This document shows, piece by piece, positions 19,575 through 29,571 of a DNA stretch of 64,000 nucleotides. The stretch is from Lachnospiraceae bacterium. Lineage in GTDB: Bacteria; Bacillota_I; Bacilli_A; RFN20; CAG-826. The notes under the pieces are model-generated. The model saw only the letters and a program-made list of their open reading frames with translations, did no database searches and was not told the origin of the DNA. Position 1 is the stretch's first letter. Every line of letters starts with the position of its first letter. The position numbers were made by a program, and so were the translations under genes. The stretch spans positions 59,801-123,800 of the forward strand of contig CAVKLJ010000002.1 of NCBI GenBank assembly GCA_963657245.1. The letters are read 5' to 3'.

Positions 19575-19924
19575 TGGCAAAAGAAAAGAAAGAAACAGTT
19601 GCAACAGAAGTGAAGAAAACCTTCAAATCTGCCAACAACCATGACTACGAAGTCATCCTTGAACCTGTTATCACCGAAAAGAGCATGGCTCTTCTCCAAA
19701 ATGAAAACAAGGTCACTGTCAAAGTTAGCAAAAAAGCCAACAAGATTTCCATCAAGGACAGCTTCCAACGCTTATATCAAGTTTCTGTTGATGATGTCAA
19801 AGTCGTTAACGTTCTTGCTAAGAGCACAACCAGAGGTGGACGTTATCAAGGAACCATCCCTGGATACAAGAAGGCCATCATCACCATTCATGAAGGTGAA
19901 GCGATCGACCTCTTCAAAGAGTAA
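19574..19924 (+). CDS. rplW: 50S ribosomal protein L23 (with N-terminal extension)
   Basis: Operon position and L23-like core. Overlaps the rplD stop. Confidence 0.9.
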   Translation: MAKEKKETVATEVKKTFKSANNHDYEVILEPVITEKSMALLQNENKVTVKVSKKANKISIKDSFQRLYQVSVDDVKVVNVLAKSTTRGGRYQGTIPGYKKAIITIHEGEAIDLFKE

Positions 19925-19997
19925 GGAATCACCGTTAAGTCTTATATATCCTTATATATAGATTTATAAAGCATCCACTATAGGAGAAAAAAAGAAA

Positions 19998-20831
19998 ATG
20001 GCAATCAAATCATATAGGCCATATACGAAATCGAGACGCGAAATGCTCTCCCTCTCGTATGAAGAAGTCACAAAAACAACTCCTGAAAAATCATTACTTG
20101 CCCCTAAGAAACACACTGGTGGCCGTAACAATCAAGGAGTCATCACCTGCCGTCATCGCGGTGGTGGAAACAAAAACCGTTACAGAATCATCGACTTCCG
20201 CCGTAACAAAGACGGAATCCCAGCAAAGGTTCAAGCAATCGAATACGATCCAAACCGTACCGCATTCATCGCTCTTCTTGCCTATGCTGATGGCGAAAAA
20301 CGCTACATCATCAGACCAAAGGATCTCAATGTTGGCGCAACCATCGTTTCTGGAGCAACAACCGATATTAAAACAGGTAACAACCTTGAGTTAAGAAACA
20401 TTCCTGAAGGTACATTCATCCATAACATTGAACTTATGCCTGGCAAGGGTGGACAACTCTGCCGTGCCGCAGGAACAAGTGCTCAGGTTCTCGGATCTGA
20501 CGGAAAATACGTCATCCTCCGTTTAGCCTCTGGCGAAGTTAGAAAAGTCTTAGGCGTCTGCCGTGCCACAATTGGTATCGTCGGCAACGAAGACTACAAC
20601 CTCGTTAACAAAGGCAAAGCTGGTAAAACACGCTACAAAGGCATTCGCCCAACAGTTCGTGGCTCTGTCATGAACCCAGTCGATCACCCTCATGGTGGTG
20701 GTGAAGGTAAGTGCCCTGTCGGTCGTGATGCACCACGTACCCCATGGGGTAAGAAAGCAATGGGTGTCAAGACTCGTCGCGTCAAGAAGAATTCCACTCG
20801 TCTCATCGTAAGACGTAGAAATGGTAAATAA
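19998..20831 (+). CDS. rplB: 50S ribosomal protein L2
   Basis: Conserved L2 motifs ([25 protein letters not shown]). Confidence 0.97.
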   Translation: MAIKSYRPYTKSRREMLSLSYEEVTKTTPEKSLLAPKKHTGGRNNQGVITCRHRGGGNKNRYRIIDFRRNKDGIPAKVQAIEYDPNRTAFIALLAYADGEKRYIIRPKDLNVGATIVSGATTDIKTGNNLELRNIPEGTFIHNIELMPGKGGQLCRAAGTSAQVLGSDGKYVILRLASGEVRKVLGVCRATIGIVGNEDYNLVNKGKAGKTRYKGIRPTVRGSVMNPVDHPHGGGEGKCPVGRDAPRTPWGKKAMGVKTRRVKKNSTRLIVRRRNGK

Positions 20832-20848
20832 GGAAAGGAGATCAAAAT

Positions 20849-21142
20849 ATGTCCCGTTCAGCTAAAAAAGGACCATTTGTTGACGAATACCTTCTCAAAA
20901 AGGTTGAAGCCATCAAAAAATCCGGCAAAAAAGAGGTCATCAAAACTTGGTCTCGCCGTTCAACAATCTATCCAGCATTCGTTGAACAAACCTTCGCTGT
21001 TTATAACGGCAAGGAACACATCACAGTTTATGTCACCGAAGATATGGTAGGACACAAACTTGGTGAATTCGCCCCAACACGTAACTTCAGCGGTCACCAC
21101 GGTAATAACGTTGGCGATCAAGCCGCACAAGGTAAGAAATAA
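20849..21142 (+). CDS. rpsS: 30S ribosomal protein S19
   Basis: [12 protein letters not shown]... matches the S19 consensus. Confidence 0.97.
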   Translation: MSRSAKKGPFVDEYLLKKVEAIKKSGKKEVIKTWSRRSTIYPAFVEQTFAVYNGKEHITVYVTEDMVGHKLGEFAPTRNFSGHHGNNVGDQAAQGKK

Positions 21143-21152
21143 GGAGTAGATT

Positions 21153-21677
21153 ATGGCAGAAGAAAAGAAAACCGTAAAGAAAGCTCCAGCCAAGAAAGCT
21201 GCGGCTCCAAAAGCTAAGAAAGAAGCCAAAAAGGCCGAAGTCAAAGCAGAAGAAGTAAAAGTTGAAAAGACCGAAAAAGTCGAAAAGAAAGCAAAGAAAG
21301 TTGTCAAGGCCGAACCTGTTAAAGAGGAAAAGCCAGCTGTCACTGAAGCTCTTGCTGTCGCAAAAGACGTTCGTGTCACCCCACGTAAGGTTCGCTTAGT
21401 TATCGACCTTGTTCGTGGAAAAGATGTTGACGAAGCACTCGCAATTCTCGCAAATGTCAATCGTGCTGCTAGCTTACCAGTCTCCAAACTTGTAAAGTCT
21501 GCTGCTGCTAATGCTACCAACAACTTCGGAATGGACAAAGACAAACTCTATATTGCCGAAATCCAAGCATCCGATGGTATCAAGATGAAGAGATTCATGC
21601 CACGTGGCAAAGGTTCTTCCTCTGGACTTGTCAAGAGAACTGCAAATATCCGTTGCATCGTAAAAGAAAGAAACTAA
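21153..21677 (+). CDS. rplV: 50S ribosomal protein L22 with a roughly 60-aa Lys/Ala/Glu-rich N-terminal extension
   Basis: L22 core from about VTPRKVRLVIDLVRGK, preceded by a KKAPAKKAAAPKAKKEAKK repeat region. Confidence 0.9.
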   Translation: MAEEKKTVKKAPAKKAAAPKAKKEAKKAEVKAEEVKVEKTEKVEKKAKKVVKAEPVKEEKPAVTEALAVAKDVRVTPRKVRLVIDLVRGKDVDEALAILANVNRAASLPVSKLVKSAAANATNNFGMDKDKLYIAEIQASDGIKMKRFMPRGKGSSSGLVKRTANIRCIVKERN

Positions 21678-21690
21678 GGAGAGTAAACTA

Positions 21691-22398
21691 ATGGGTCAAA
21701 AAGTTAACGCTAACGGTCTCCGTGTTGGAATTAACCGTGGCTGGGAAGCCAATTGGTTTGCTTCCAAAAAAGACTATGCGACATTCTTAGGCGAAGACAT
21801 CGCCATCCGTAATTACTTAGAACCTCTTCTCAAAGAAGCGGTTGTAAGCCACATTGATATCGCACGTAGCAAAAATGACAAAGGCGCAACTGTCATCATC
21901 AACGCCTTCGTCGCTCGTCCAGGTGTCGTTCTTGGACAAGACAATACAAAGATCACTGCTATCCGTAATGGCTTAAAGAAAGTTGTCAAATCTGGAAGCG
22001 CAACTATCAACCTTGTTGAAGTTAAGAATCCTGACTTAGACGCAACCTTAATTGCCAAATGGATCGCATCCGAAATCGAGAATCGTCAATCTTTCCGTTC
22101 TACACAAAAGAAAGCGATTCAAAGAATGAAGAAGGCTGGCGCAATCGGTTGCAGAACCCAATGCCAAGGCCGTCTTGCTGGCGCTGAAATCGCCCGCCGT
22201 GAAGGATATAAAGTTGGTGTCGTACCACTTGAAACCCTTCGTGCTGACATCGACTTCGCATCTGTTACCGCCAATACCGCCTATGGTGATATCGGCATCA
22301 AAGTTTGGATCTGCCGCTCTACTAACAAAGTTAGCGCAGTAGAATCCGAAGAAAAGAAAGAAGGAGGACATGACAATGTTGCAACCAAAGCGCGTTAA
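21691..22398 (+). CDS. rpsC: 30S ribosomal protein S3
   Basis: MGQKVNANGLRVGINRGW matches S3. Confidence 0.97.
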   Translation: MGQKVNANGLRVGINRGWEANWFASKKDYATFLGEDIAIRNYLEPLLKEAVVSHIDIARSKNDKGATVIINAFVARPGVVLGQDNTKITAIRNGLKKVVKSGSATINLVEVKNPDLDATLIAKWIASEIENRQSFRSTQKKAIQRMKKAGAIGCRTQCQGRLAGAEIARREGYKVGVVPLETLRADIDFASVTANTAYGDIGIKVWICRSTNKVSAVESEEKKEGGHDNVATKAR

Positions 22399-22924
22399 GT
22401 ATCGTCGTCCACATAGACTCTCATACGAAGGTGTTGCCTCTAAAGGAAACACAGTCGAATTCGGAGAATATGGACTTGTTGCTACTGAAGGTGGATACCT
22501 TGACAACCACCAAATCGAAGCTGCTCGTATCGTTCTCGCAAGATACACCGATAGAGCTGGTAAGGTTTGGATCAGAGTCTTCCCTCACTTAGCAAGAACT
22601 AAGAAACCAGCCGAAGTCCGTATGGGTTCCGGTAAAGGTTCACCAGAGTCTTGGGCAGCCGTCGTTAAGAAAGGCAAAGTCATCTTCGAGATTGGTGGTA
22701 TCAATCCTGAAATCATGACAAACGCTCTTCACCAAGCTGGCTTCAAGCTTCCTCTCAAAACAAAGATTGTTAAGAGAACAAAGACCCTTTCCGAGGCAGA
22801 ACTCGAAAAGATGGAAGCACAACATGATTCCGCTCTTGAATCAATCGAAGCTGAAGATCAAATCGAAACAGTATCTGATACTGGAAACGATACTCCAGCA
22901 ACAACAGAAGGGGGAAATGAATAA
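22376..22924 (+). CDS. rplP: 50S ribosomal protein L16 with an acidic C-terminal extension
   Basis: [14 protein letters not shown]. The start was chosen for 8-nt spacing from GGAGG. A roughly 45-aa Glu/Asp-rich tail follows the L16 core. Confidence 0.9.
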   Translation: MLQPKRVKYRRPHRLSYEGVASKGNTVEFGEYGLVATEGGYLDNHQIEAARIVLARYTDRAGKVWIRVFPHLARTKKPAEVRMGSGKGSPESWAAVVKKGKVIFEIGGINPEIMTNALHQAGFKLPLKTKIVKRTKTLSEAELEKMEAQHDSALESIEAEDQIETVSDTGNDTPATTEGGNE

Positions 22925-23136
22925 TGACCATTAAAGAGTTAAGGGCCTTGTCCCCAAAAGAACTTGATGAAAAGATTGCTGAGTTGAAACAACATCAATT
23001 CGAATTACGTCGTCAAGCAGCCGTCGGACAAATTGAACATCCAGACGAATTACACTATGTCCGTAAAGACATTGCCAGAGCTGAAACCGTCAAACGTGAG
23101 CGCGAACTCCAAATCAAGGTTCCAGAAGGCAAATAA
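22924..23136 (+). CDS. rpmC: 50S ribosomal protein L29
   Basis: Operon position and size; the stop and start overlap (TAATG). Confidence 0.9.
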   Translation: MTIKELRALSPKELDEKIAELKQHQFELRRQAAVGQIEHPDELHYVRKDIARAETVKRERELQIKVPEGK

Positions 23137-23153
23137 TGAAAGGAGATTGAAAC

Positions 23154-23495
23154 ATGGAAAGAAATACTAGAAGCAAATTCCAAGGTGTCGTTACTTCAAT
23201 CAAAATGGACAAAACCATCACTGTTACAGTTTCGACAAAACAAAACGATCCCCTTTATCAAAAGAGAGTCGGTTACTCAAAGAAATACCACGCTCATGAT
23301 GCCAATAACGAAGCCAAAGTCGGCGACGTTGTAACCATCATGTCTTGCCGTCCTATCTCCAAAACCAAGAAATTTATCTTAGTTTCCATCGATAAGAAAG
23401 CAAGAAGCGGCGAAAACGCTAATAACGTTGAAGCAGATCTCGAAAAGAGTGAAGGCTCCGACGAAATCGTTAATAAAGCAGAAGAGGAGAAATAA
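23154..23495 (+). CDS. rpsQ: 30S ribosomal protein S17 with a C-terminal extension
   Basis: S17 core [16 protein letters not shown], then a roughly 30-aa charged tail. Confidence 0.9.
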   Translation: MERNTRSKFQGVVTSIKMDKTITVTVSTKQNDPLYQKRVGYSKKYHAHDANNEAKVGDVVTIMSCRPISKTKKFILVSIDKKARSGENANNVEADLEKSEGSDEIVNKAEEEK

Positions 23496-23497
23496 GC

Positions 23498-23866
23498 ATG
23501 ATCCACAATGAAACTAATCTTGTAGTCGCTGATAACTCCGGTGCTCGTGCTGTCCGTGTCTTCCGTCAATTCGGCGGATCCCACCGCAAAATGAGCTCCA
23601 TCGGAGATGTCGTCCTCTGCGCTGTTAAAGACGTTACCCCAAACGGCAAGATTAAAAAAGGTCAAGTCGTCAAAGGTGTCATCGTGAGAGTCAAACGCGC
23701 TGTCATCCGTAAAGATGGTTCTTCCATCTCCTTCGATGATAATGCTGTCGTTCTCATTGATAATGACGGAAACCCACTTGGAACACGTGTCTTCGGACCT
23801 GTTGCTCGTGAGCTTCGTGACAAAGGCTATATGAAGATTATCTCTTTAGCCCCAGAAGTCTTATAA
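23498..23866 (+). CDS. rplN: 50S ribosomal protein L14
   Basis: [17 protein letters not shown] matches L14. Confidence 0.97.
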   Translation: MIHNETNLVVADNSGARAVRVFRQFGGSHRKMSSIGDVVLCAVKDVTPNGKIKKGQVVKGVIVRVKRAVIRKDGSSISFDDNAVVLIDNDGNPLGTRVFGPVARELRDKGYMKIISLAPEVL

Positions 23867-23878
23867 GGAGAAAACAAC

Positions 23879-24190
23879 ATGAACATCAAATCAGGTGATA
23901 AAGTTATCATTCTCTCGGGCGATGATAAAGGCAAAGTCGGTGTTGTCCAAAAGGTTTATCCAAAGCTCAACAAAGTCGTTGTCGAAGGTGTCAACGTCCA
24001 CAAGAAACACAAAAAACCAACTCAATCAACTCCAGAAGGATCCATCCTTGATATCTATGTACCACTAGATGCTTCCAAGGTTGCCTTGATTGATCCAAAA
24101 ACAAAGAAAGCCACCCGCGTTCACCACAAGATCGTTGATGGCAAAAAGATTCGCGTCAATGCGAAAGGCGAAAGCTTAGAAAAGAAATAA
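23879..24190 (+). CDS. rplX: 50S ribosomal protein L24
   Basis: KOW-motif protein at the L24 position. Confidence 0.9.
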   Translation: MNIKSGDKVIILSGDDKGKVGVVQKVYPKLNKVVVEGVNVHKKHKKPTQSTPEGSILDIYVPLDASKVALIDPKTKKATRVHHKIVDGKKIRVNAKGESLEKK

Positions 24191-24204
24191 GGGAGGAATG
24201 AAAA

Positions 24205-24813
24205 ATGGCTGAAGAAAAGAAAACTGTTAAGAAAGCTTCCCCTAAGAAAGCTTCCGCTAAAAAAGAAGGCTATGTTAACCGCTTAGCTGCCAAATACACA
24301 AATGAAGTTGTCCCAACTCTTGTCAAAGAATTCGGCTACACAACTCCAATGCAAGCTCCTAAATTCGAGAAAATCGTTATCAACATCGGTGTTGGTGATG
24401 CTACCACAAATAGCAAAGCACTCGACGACGCTGTTGCTGAGCTTGCAACCATCACTGGTCAAAAACCAGTCGTCACAAAAGCCAAAAAGTCCATCGCTAC
24501 CTTCAAGGTTCGTCAAGGACAGGCAATCGGCTGCAAAGTTACACTCCGTGGAACAAGAATGTATGAATTCTTCGATAAGTTAGTTTCCATCTCTCTTCCA
24601 CGTGTCCGTGACTTCCGCGGCGTTTCCAAGAACGCTTTCGATGGCCATGGTAACTACACCCTCGGTGTCAAGGAACAATTAATCTTCCCTGAAATCGATT
24701 ACGATAAGGTCTCCAAGATTCGTGGTATGGATGTCGTTATCGTTACAACGGCAAATACCGACGCAGAAGCTTTCGCGCTTCTTCGCGAAATGGGAATGCC
24801 ATTCAAAAAATAA
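24205..24813 (+). CDS. rplE: 50S ribosomal protein L5 with a Lys-rich N-terminal extension
   Basis: L5 core [15 protein letters not shown]..., preceded by [22 protein letters not shown]. Confidence 0.95.
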   Translation: MAEEKKTVKKASPKKASAKKEGYVNRLAAKYTNEVVPTLVKEFGYTTPMQAPKFEKIVINIGVGDATTNSKALDDAVAELATITGQKPVVTKAKKSIATFKVRQGQAIGCKVTLRGTRMYEFFDKLVSISLPRVRDFRGVSKNAFDGHGNYTLGVKEQLIFPEIDYDKVSKIRGMDVVIVTTANTDAEAFALLREMGMPFKK

Positions 24814-24825
24814 CGAGGTAAGCAC

Positions 24826-25011
24826 ATGGCAAAGAAAAGTTTAATTAATAAGTGCAATCGCCCACAAAAGTTCTCAACCCGTGAATATACACGTTGCCAA
24901 CGTTGTGGACGTCCACACGGCGTCATCCGTAAATTCGGACTCTGCCGTATCTGCCTTAGAGAAATGGCCTACAAAGGCGAAATCCCAGGCATGAAGAAAG
25001 CATCTTGGTAA
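24826..25011 (+). CDS. rpsN: 30S ribosomal protein S14 type Z (zinc-binding)
   Basis: 61 aa with CxxC...CxxC ([20 protein letters not shown]). Confidence 0.95.
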   Translation: MAKKSLINKCNRPQKFSTREYTRCQRCGRPHGVIRKFGLCRICLREMAYKGEIPGMKKASW

Positions 25012-25029
25012 GGAAAGGAGAACACTAAC

Positions 25030-25425
25030 ATGAACGCAGACCCAATTGCAGACATGCTCACTCGCATCAGAAACGCTAATGCTCTTCGCTACGAAAGTGT
25101 TTCCATGCCTTATAGCAAAATGAAAGGCGAAATTGCCAAAATTCTTCTCGACGAAGGATTCATCTCCGGATTCGTTGCAGAAGGAGAAAAAGCAAGCAAA
25201 ACCCTTCACATCACTCTTAAATACGGTGCAAATGGCGAAAGAGTCATCACCGGCTTAAAGAGAATCAGCAAACCTGGACTTCGTGTCACAGTCGAAGCTG
25301 ATAAGATCCCAAGCGTCTTAAAGGGACTTGGTATCGCAATCGTTTCTACTTCCAAAGGCGTCTTAACCGATAAGGAAGCAAGAAAGAACAACGTCGGCGG
25401 AGAAATCCTCTGCTACGTTTGGTAA
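25030..25425 (+). CDS. rpsH: 30S ribosomal protein S8
   Basis: [13 protein letters not shown] matches S8. Confidence 0.97.
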   Translation: MNADPIADMLTRIRNANALRYESVSMPYSKMKGEIAKILLDEGFISGFVAEGEKASKTLHITLKYGANGERVITGLKRISKPGLRVTVEADKIPSVLKGLGIAIVSTSKGVLTDKEARKNNVGGEILCYVW

Positions 25426-25457
25426 TTTAGAATTACAGAAAGAAGAGAAAAACATTT

Positions 25458-26015
25458 ATGTCACGTATTGGATTTAAACCCATCGCTCTTCCAGAAGGCG
25501 TTACCTACGAAATCGTCGATAGCGTCTTGACCGCCAAAGGCCCTAAAGGCGAAGTAAGCGTTAGAATTCCTTCTAGCGTCAGCGTCGAAGAAGCAGACGG
25601 TCATCTCCACGTTAAACCACTTGCTGCTCACACAAAGCAAGGTAGCGCGGATCATGGAACCACAGCAGCCCTTTTACATGCTGCTATCAAAGGTGTCCAC
25701 GAAGGCTGGAAGAAAGAATTAGAGATCAATGGTACAGGTTACCGTGCTTCCATCAAAAATGGAGCAGTCACAATGTTCTTAGGCTACAGCCACGAAGTTA
25801 CAGTTGCCCCAGTTGGTAAATACACAAAGCTTAGCTGCCCAGATGAAACACATATCATCGTTGAAGGCTGCAATAAGCAAGAAGTTGGTCAAACTGCCGC
25901 TCTCATCTATGACAAGCATAGACCAGACGTTTATGGCCAAAAAGGTGTTCACTACAAAGGTCAACAACTCATTAAGAAAGTTGGTAAGCGTGCTGCTGCC
26001 GGCGGTAAGAAATAA
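25458..26015 (+). CDS. rplF: 50S ribosomal protein L6
   Basis: MSRIGFKPIALPEGV matches L6. Confidence 0.95.
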   Translation: MSRIGFKPIALPEGVTYEIVDSVLTAKGPKGEVSVRIPSSVSVEEADGHLHVKPLAAHTKQGSADHGTTAALLHAAIKGVHEGWKKELEINGTGYRASIKNGAVTMFLGYSHEVTVAPVGKYTKLSCPDETHIIVEGCNKQEVGQTAALIYDKHRPDVYGQKGVHYKGQQLIKKVGKRAAAGGKK

Positions 26016-26030
26016 GGAGGTTAATAGAAT

Positions 26031-26387
26031 ATGATCAAAAAAGAATCTAGATCAGTAGTTCGTGAACGTCGTCATTTACGTGTTCGTGAAAAGATCTCCG
26101 GTACTGCTGAGTGCCCACGTTTAGTCGTTTTCCGTTCCAATAAGAACATCGAAGCTCAAATCATCGATGACGTTAAAGGAACAACTCTTGTTAGCTCTGG
26201 CTCCGTCCAATTAAAGTTAGAACATGGCTCCAATTGTGAAGCTGCTGCTAAGGTTGGCGCTGACATTGCTAAGAAAGCCGTTGCTGCTGGTATCACCAAA
26301 GTCGTCTTCGACCGTGGTGGTTATCAATACCATGGCCGCGTCGAAGCTCTTGCTGACGCTGCTAGAGAAGGAGGCTTAGTCTTCTAA
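26031..26387 (+). CDS. rplR: 50S ribosomal protein L18
   Basis: Operon position and L18 core. Confidence 0.93.
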   Translation: MIKKESRSVVRERRHLRVREKISGTAECPRLVVFRSNKNIEAQIIDDVKGTTLVSSGSVQLKLEHGSNCEAAAKVGADIAKKAVAAGITKVVFDRGGYQYHGRVEALADAAREGGLVF

Positions 26388-26397
26388 GGAGTTAATT

Positions 26398-27108
26398 ATG
26401 GAAGAAAATAAAACTGTTAATGCTGCTGTAGAAGAAAAGCCAGCTGAACAAAAGAATCCAACAGGCAACCCACAATACGAACCACGTGGTTCCCGTGGAT
26501 CCGAACGTCCAGGAAGCCGTAAATTCGGCAATCACCGTGGCAAACCAGGTGAAAGACGTGGTGGACGTGGTGGTTTCCGCCGTATCGAAGATGATTTCCA
26601 AGACAGAGTCGTCACCATCAACCGTGTTACACGTGTTGAGCAAGGTGGTAAGACCATGCGTTTCGACGCTCTTGTTGTCGTCGGCGATCAAAAAGGACAC
26701 TACGGATTTGCCATGCGTAAATCCGGTGAAGTACCGGATGCAATGAAGAAAGCTCTTACTGCTGCTAAGAAAGAGCTTCACTACGTTAAAATTGTTAAGG
26801 GTGGAACAATTGCTCACGAAGTCAGTGGTTCCCACACCGCAACAAAAGTTGTCTTAAAACCAGCTCCAGCAGGCACTGGTATCGTTGCTGGCGGCGCAGT
26901 CCGTGCCGTTCTCGAACTCGCAGGCGTCAAGAACATCGTTTCTAAAGTCTATGGTTCCCGTACAGCCATCAACGTTATCCGCGCAACTGATGCAGCTTTA
27001 CAACAACTTAAAGAATATGACAAGGTTATGGTTCTCCGTGGCTTAAAGACCCCAGAAGAAATCAAAGCCTCTCATGCAGCCCCAAAGGCAAACAAAGGAG
27101 ATAAGTAA
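26398..27108 (+). CDS. rpsE: 30S ribosomal protein S5 with an Arg/Gly-rich N-terminal extension
   Basis: S5 core from RVVTINRVTRVEQGGK, preceded by a roughly 60-aa RG-rich region (RGSRGSERPGSRKFGNHRGKPGERRGGRGGFRR). Confidence 0.95.
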   Translation: MEENKTVNAAVEEKPAEQKNPTGNPQYEPRGSRGSERPGSRKFGNHRGKPGERRGGRGGFRRIEDDFQDRVVTINRVTRVEQGGKTMRFDALVVVGDQKGHYGFAMRKSGEVPDAMKKALTAAKKELHYVKIVKGGTIAHEVSGSHTATKVVLKPAPAGTGIVAGGAVRAVLELAGVKNIVSKVYGSRTAINVIRATDAALQQLKEYDKVMVLRGLKTPEEIKASHAAPKANKGDK

Positions 27109-27110
27109 TT

Positions 27111-27557
27111 ATGGCAGAAAATTTACATACTCTCGTTGTCACCCCAGGTTCTAAAACAAAACACTTCCGTAAAGGACAAGGTCTTGGATCTGGAAACGGC
27201 AAAACAGCCGGTAAAGGTCAAAAGGGACAAGGTGCACACGCCCATACAAAGAAACGTGGATTCGAAGGCGGACAAATGCCTTTGGCAAGACGTCTTCCAA
27301 AATATGGTTTCAAGAACCTTGCTAGAGTCGAAAAAGCCACAGTTAATGTTGGTCTTCTCGAGAGATTTAATGACGGAAGCGTCATTGATAGCAAAGTTTT
27401 AGTCGAAAATGGCTTAGTTAAGAGCGATATCAATGGAATTAAAATCCTTGGTAGTGGTAAACTATCAAAGAAGCTTACCGTTAAAGCTAATGCTTTCTCC
27501 GCTGCCGCTAAAGCAGCAATTGAAGCTGCTGGTGGTGTAGCTGAGGAAATTAAGTAA
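27111..27557 (+). CDS. rplO: 50S ribosomal protein L15
   Basis: L15 sequence. It follows rpsE directly, with no rpmD (L30) gene between them. Confidence 0.95.
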   Translation: MAENLHTLVVTPGSKTKHFRKGQGLGSGNGKTAGKGQKGQGAHAHTKKRGFEGGQMPLARRLPKYGFKNLARVEKATVNVGLLERFNDGSVIDSKVLVENGLVKSDINGIKILGSGKLSKKLTVKANAFSAAAKAAIEAAGGVAEEIK

Positions 27558-28912
27558 TGAAAAAGTTCGTCTCAATCTTTAAAAACAAAGACATCGTTAA
27601 TCGTATTTTCTTCACGATTATGATTCTCTTTGTCCTCCGGATTGGGGCGGTAATTACTGTTCCGGGGGTTAAGGTCTCGGACGAACTCACCAACATCATG
27701 AATAGCGGAAACTCTTTCGCTCTCATGGATTTGCTTGGTGGAGGAGCTCTTTCTAACTTCTCAGTCTTCGCCCTTGGCGTTTCGCCTTATATCACAGCTC
27801 AGATTATTATCCAACTTCTGTCGAAAGACGTTCTTCCAGCCCTTACCGAGTTATCAAAACAAGGTGAGTACGGAAGAAAGAAGATGGAAATGGCAACCCG
27901 TTATTTAACCCTTCTTCTTGGAGCTGTCCAAGGTTACGGTATGATTCGTACCATGATTAACCAAGGATACATCTCCTTGACGTTGGCTGATAATTTCTGG
28001 ACATATGCTTATATCGTTACCATTCTCCTTGCTGGCTCAATGCTTACAATGTGGCTTGGTGACCAAATCACAGAGAAAGGCCTCGGGAACGGAATTTCCG
28101 TCATCATCTTCGCTGGATGTGTTAGAAGCCTTCCAACCCAAATATCTACAGCCTGGAGCAAATGGATCTCTGGCAATGTTGATTATGGTTCAACCCAAAT
28201 GATCAAAGGTGCCTTCCAATTCGCTCTATATATCTTGGCAATGTTCGCGATCTGTGCGTTCGTTGTCTTCACAGAGTTGGCTCAAAGACGTATTCCAGTT
28301 CAACACGCTGGAAAGGGTGGCTCAAATCCTTCAATGGCTAGAGCTTCCTTCTTGCCGATTAAAATTAACTCGGCTGGCGTCATTCCTGTCATCTTTGCCT
28401 CTTCGATTCTCACTGCACCAAGTATCATCGCCTCATTTATCTCAAGTGACGCGTCAAATGCTGCTTGGTTAAAGATCTTCAACTACAATTCCACGATGAC
28501 CATGACTAACTTCGATGGTACGACATGGAATATGAACTGGGGATTATTCATCTATCTCGCATTGATCATTGCCTTCACATTCTTCTATGCTGAAATGCAA
28601 ATCGATCCAGAGAAACTTGCTGACAACTTCCAAAAATCTGGTTCTTATATCCCGGGCATCCGTCCAGGAAAGGAAACAGAAAGATATGTTGGAAAGGTCT
28701 TAAACCGTGTTACCTTCATTGGTGCCGCAGCCCTCTCCATCATTGCCGCTCTTCCAATTGTCCTTGTTTGGGCAAATGCATTCGGAACTGATACTTCCCT
28801 TGCAATCGGCGGAACTGGCTTAATCATTATCGTTGGCGTTGCTATCGAGTTAAGTAGCCAAATCGATGGCTTAATCGCAGGAAAATCGTACGACCAAGTT
28901 AAGGAGGCATAA
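27557..28912 (+). CDS. secY: preprotein translocase subunit SecY
   Basis: 10-TM SecY. The start overlaps the rplO stop. Confidence 0.97.
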   Translation: MKKFVSIFKNKDIVNRIFFTIMILFVLRIGAVITVPGVKVSDELTNIMNSGNSFALMDLLGGGALSNFSVFALGVSPYITAQIIIQLLSKDVLPALTELSKQGEYGRKKMEMATRYLTLLLGAVQGYGMIRTMINQGYISLTLADNFWTYAYIVTILLAGSMLTMWLGDQITEKGLGNGISVIIFAGCVRSLPTQISTAWSKWISGNVDYGSTQMIKGAFQFALYILAMFAICAFVVFTELAQRRIPVQHAGKGGSNPSMARASFLPIKINSAGVIPVIFASSILTAPSIIASFISSDASNAAWLKIFNYNSTMTMTNFDGTTWNMNWGLFIYLALIIAFTFFYAEMQIDPEKLADNFQKSGSYIPGIRPGKETERYVGKVLNRVTFIGAAALSIIAALPIVLVWANAFGTDTSLAIGGTGLIIIVGVAIELSSQIDGLIAGKSYDQVKEA

Positions 28913-28916
28913 AAAT

Positions 28917-29570
28917 ATGCTTAATATCATTCTCATGGGCCCGCCAGGAGCGGGAAAAGGCACTCACGCCACATGGATGGCTGAGGATTGTAACATTCCT
29001 CATATTTCCACCGGCGACATGTTCCGAGAAGCCATGAAATCTGGTTCTGAACTTGGAAACAAAATTAAAGACATCGTTAATCGCGGGGACCTAGTAAGTG
29101 ATGAACTTACCTGCGCCCTCGTGAAAGAACGTTTATCCAAACCTGATTGTGCAAACGGATACATCCTTGATGGATTCCCACGTACAATCGCGCAAGCCGA
29201 AGCCTTTGATAGCATCGGCAAAGAAATTGGCCGTGCTCCAAACTTAGTGATTAATGTCTCTTGCCCAGACGACCTTCTTATTGGTCGTATTGTCACAAGA
29301 CGCGTTTGTCCAAAGTGTGGCGCAAGCTTCAACGTCGTTACTCTTAAACCAAAGAAAGAAGGAATCTGCGATCATTGCGGTTCTGAATTGGTTCAAAGAA
29401 AAGACGACAACGAGGAATCATTCAAGATCCGCCTCGTTAATTACTACAAGAGCACCGCTCCTCTTCTTAATTTCTATAAGGAGAAGGGCTTACTCCACGA
29501 GTTCGATTCTTCGTCCGGACTCGAAACCACTAAGAAAAACATTAAGGATTTCTTAGGGGGATTAAAATAA
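28917..29570 (+). CDS. adk: adenylate kinase (zinc-lid type)
   Basis: GPPGAGKGT P-loop. Lid cysteines CPKCG...CDHCG. Confidence 0.97.
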   Translation: MLNIILMGPPGAGKGTHATWMAEDCNIPHISTGDMFREAMKSGSELGNKIKDIVNRGDLVSDELTCALVKERLSKPDCANGYILDGFPRTIAQAEAFDSIGKEIGRAPNLVINVSCPDDLLIGRIVTRRVCPKCGASFNVVTLKPKKEGICDHCGSELVQRKDDNEESFKIRLVNYYKSTAPLLNFYKEKGLLHEFDSSSGLETTKKNIKDFLGGLK

Positions 29571-29571
29571 A

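Noticed and set aside
21153-21330. Repetitive KKAxAKKA-encoding DNA (GAAGAAAAG / AAGAAAGC periodicity), considered as a possible repeat or CRISPR-like array
   Set aside because: It is in-frame coding sequence of the L22 N-terminal extension. No spacer and repeat architecture is present, and no cas genes occur in the window.
20960-21544. 194-aa ORF on the minus strand, antisense to rpsS/rplV
   Set aside because: The product is low-complexity Ala/Ser/Thr-rich. It is produced by reading the Lys/Ala-rich L22 extension backwards and lies entirely within well-supported ribosomal genes. It is a spurious antisense ORF.
22048-22548. 166-aa minus-strand ORF overlapping rpsC/rplP
   Set aside because: It is antisense to highly conserved ribosomal protein genes and has no RBS or motif. 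Spurious.
26392-26835. 147-aa minus-strand ORF overlapping rpsE
   Set aside because: It is antisense to ribosomal protein S5. Spurious.
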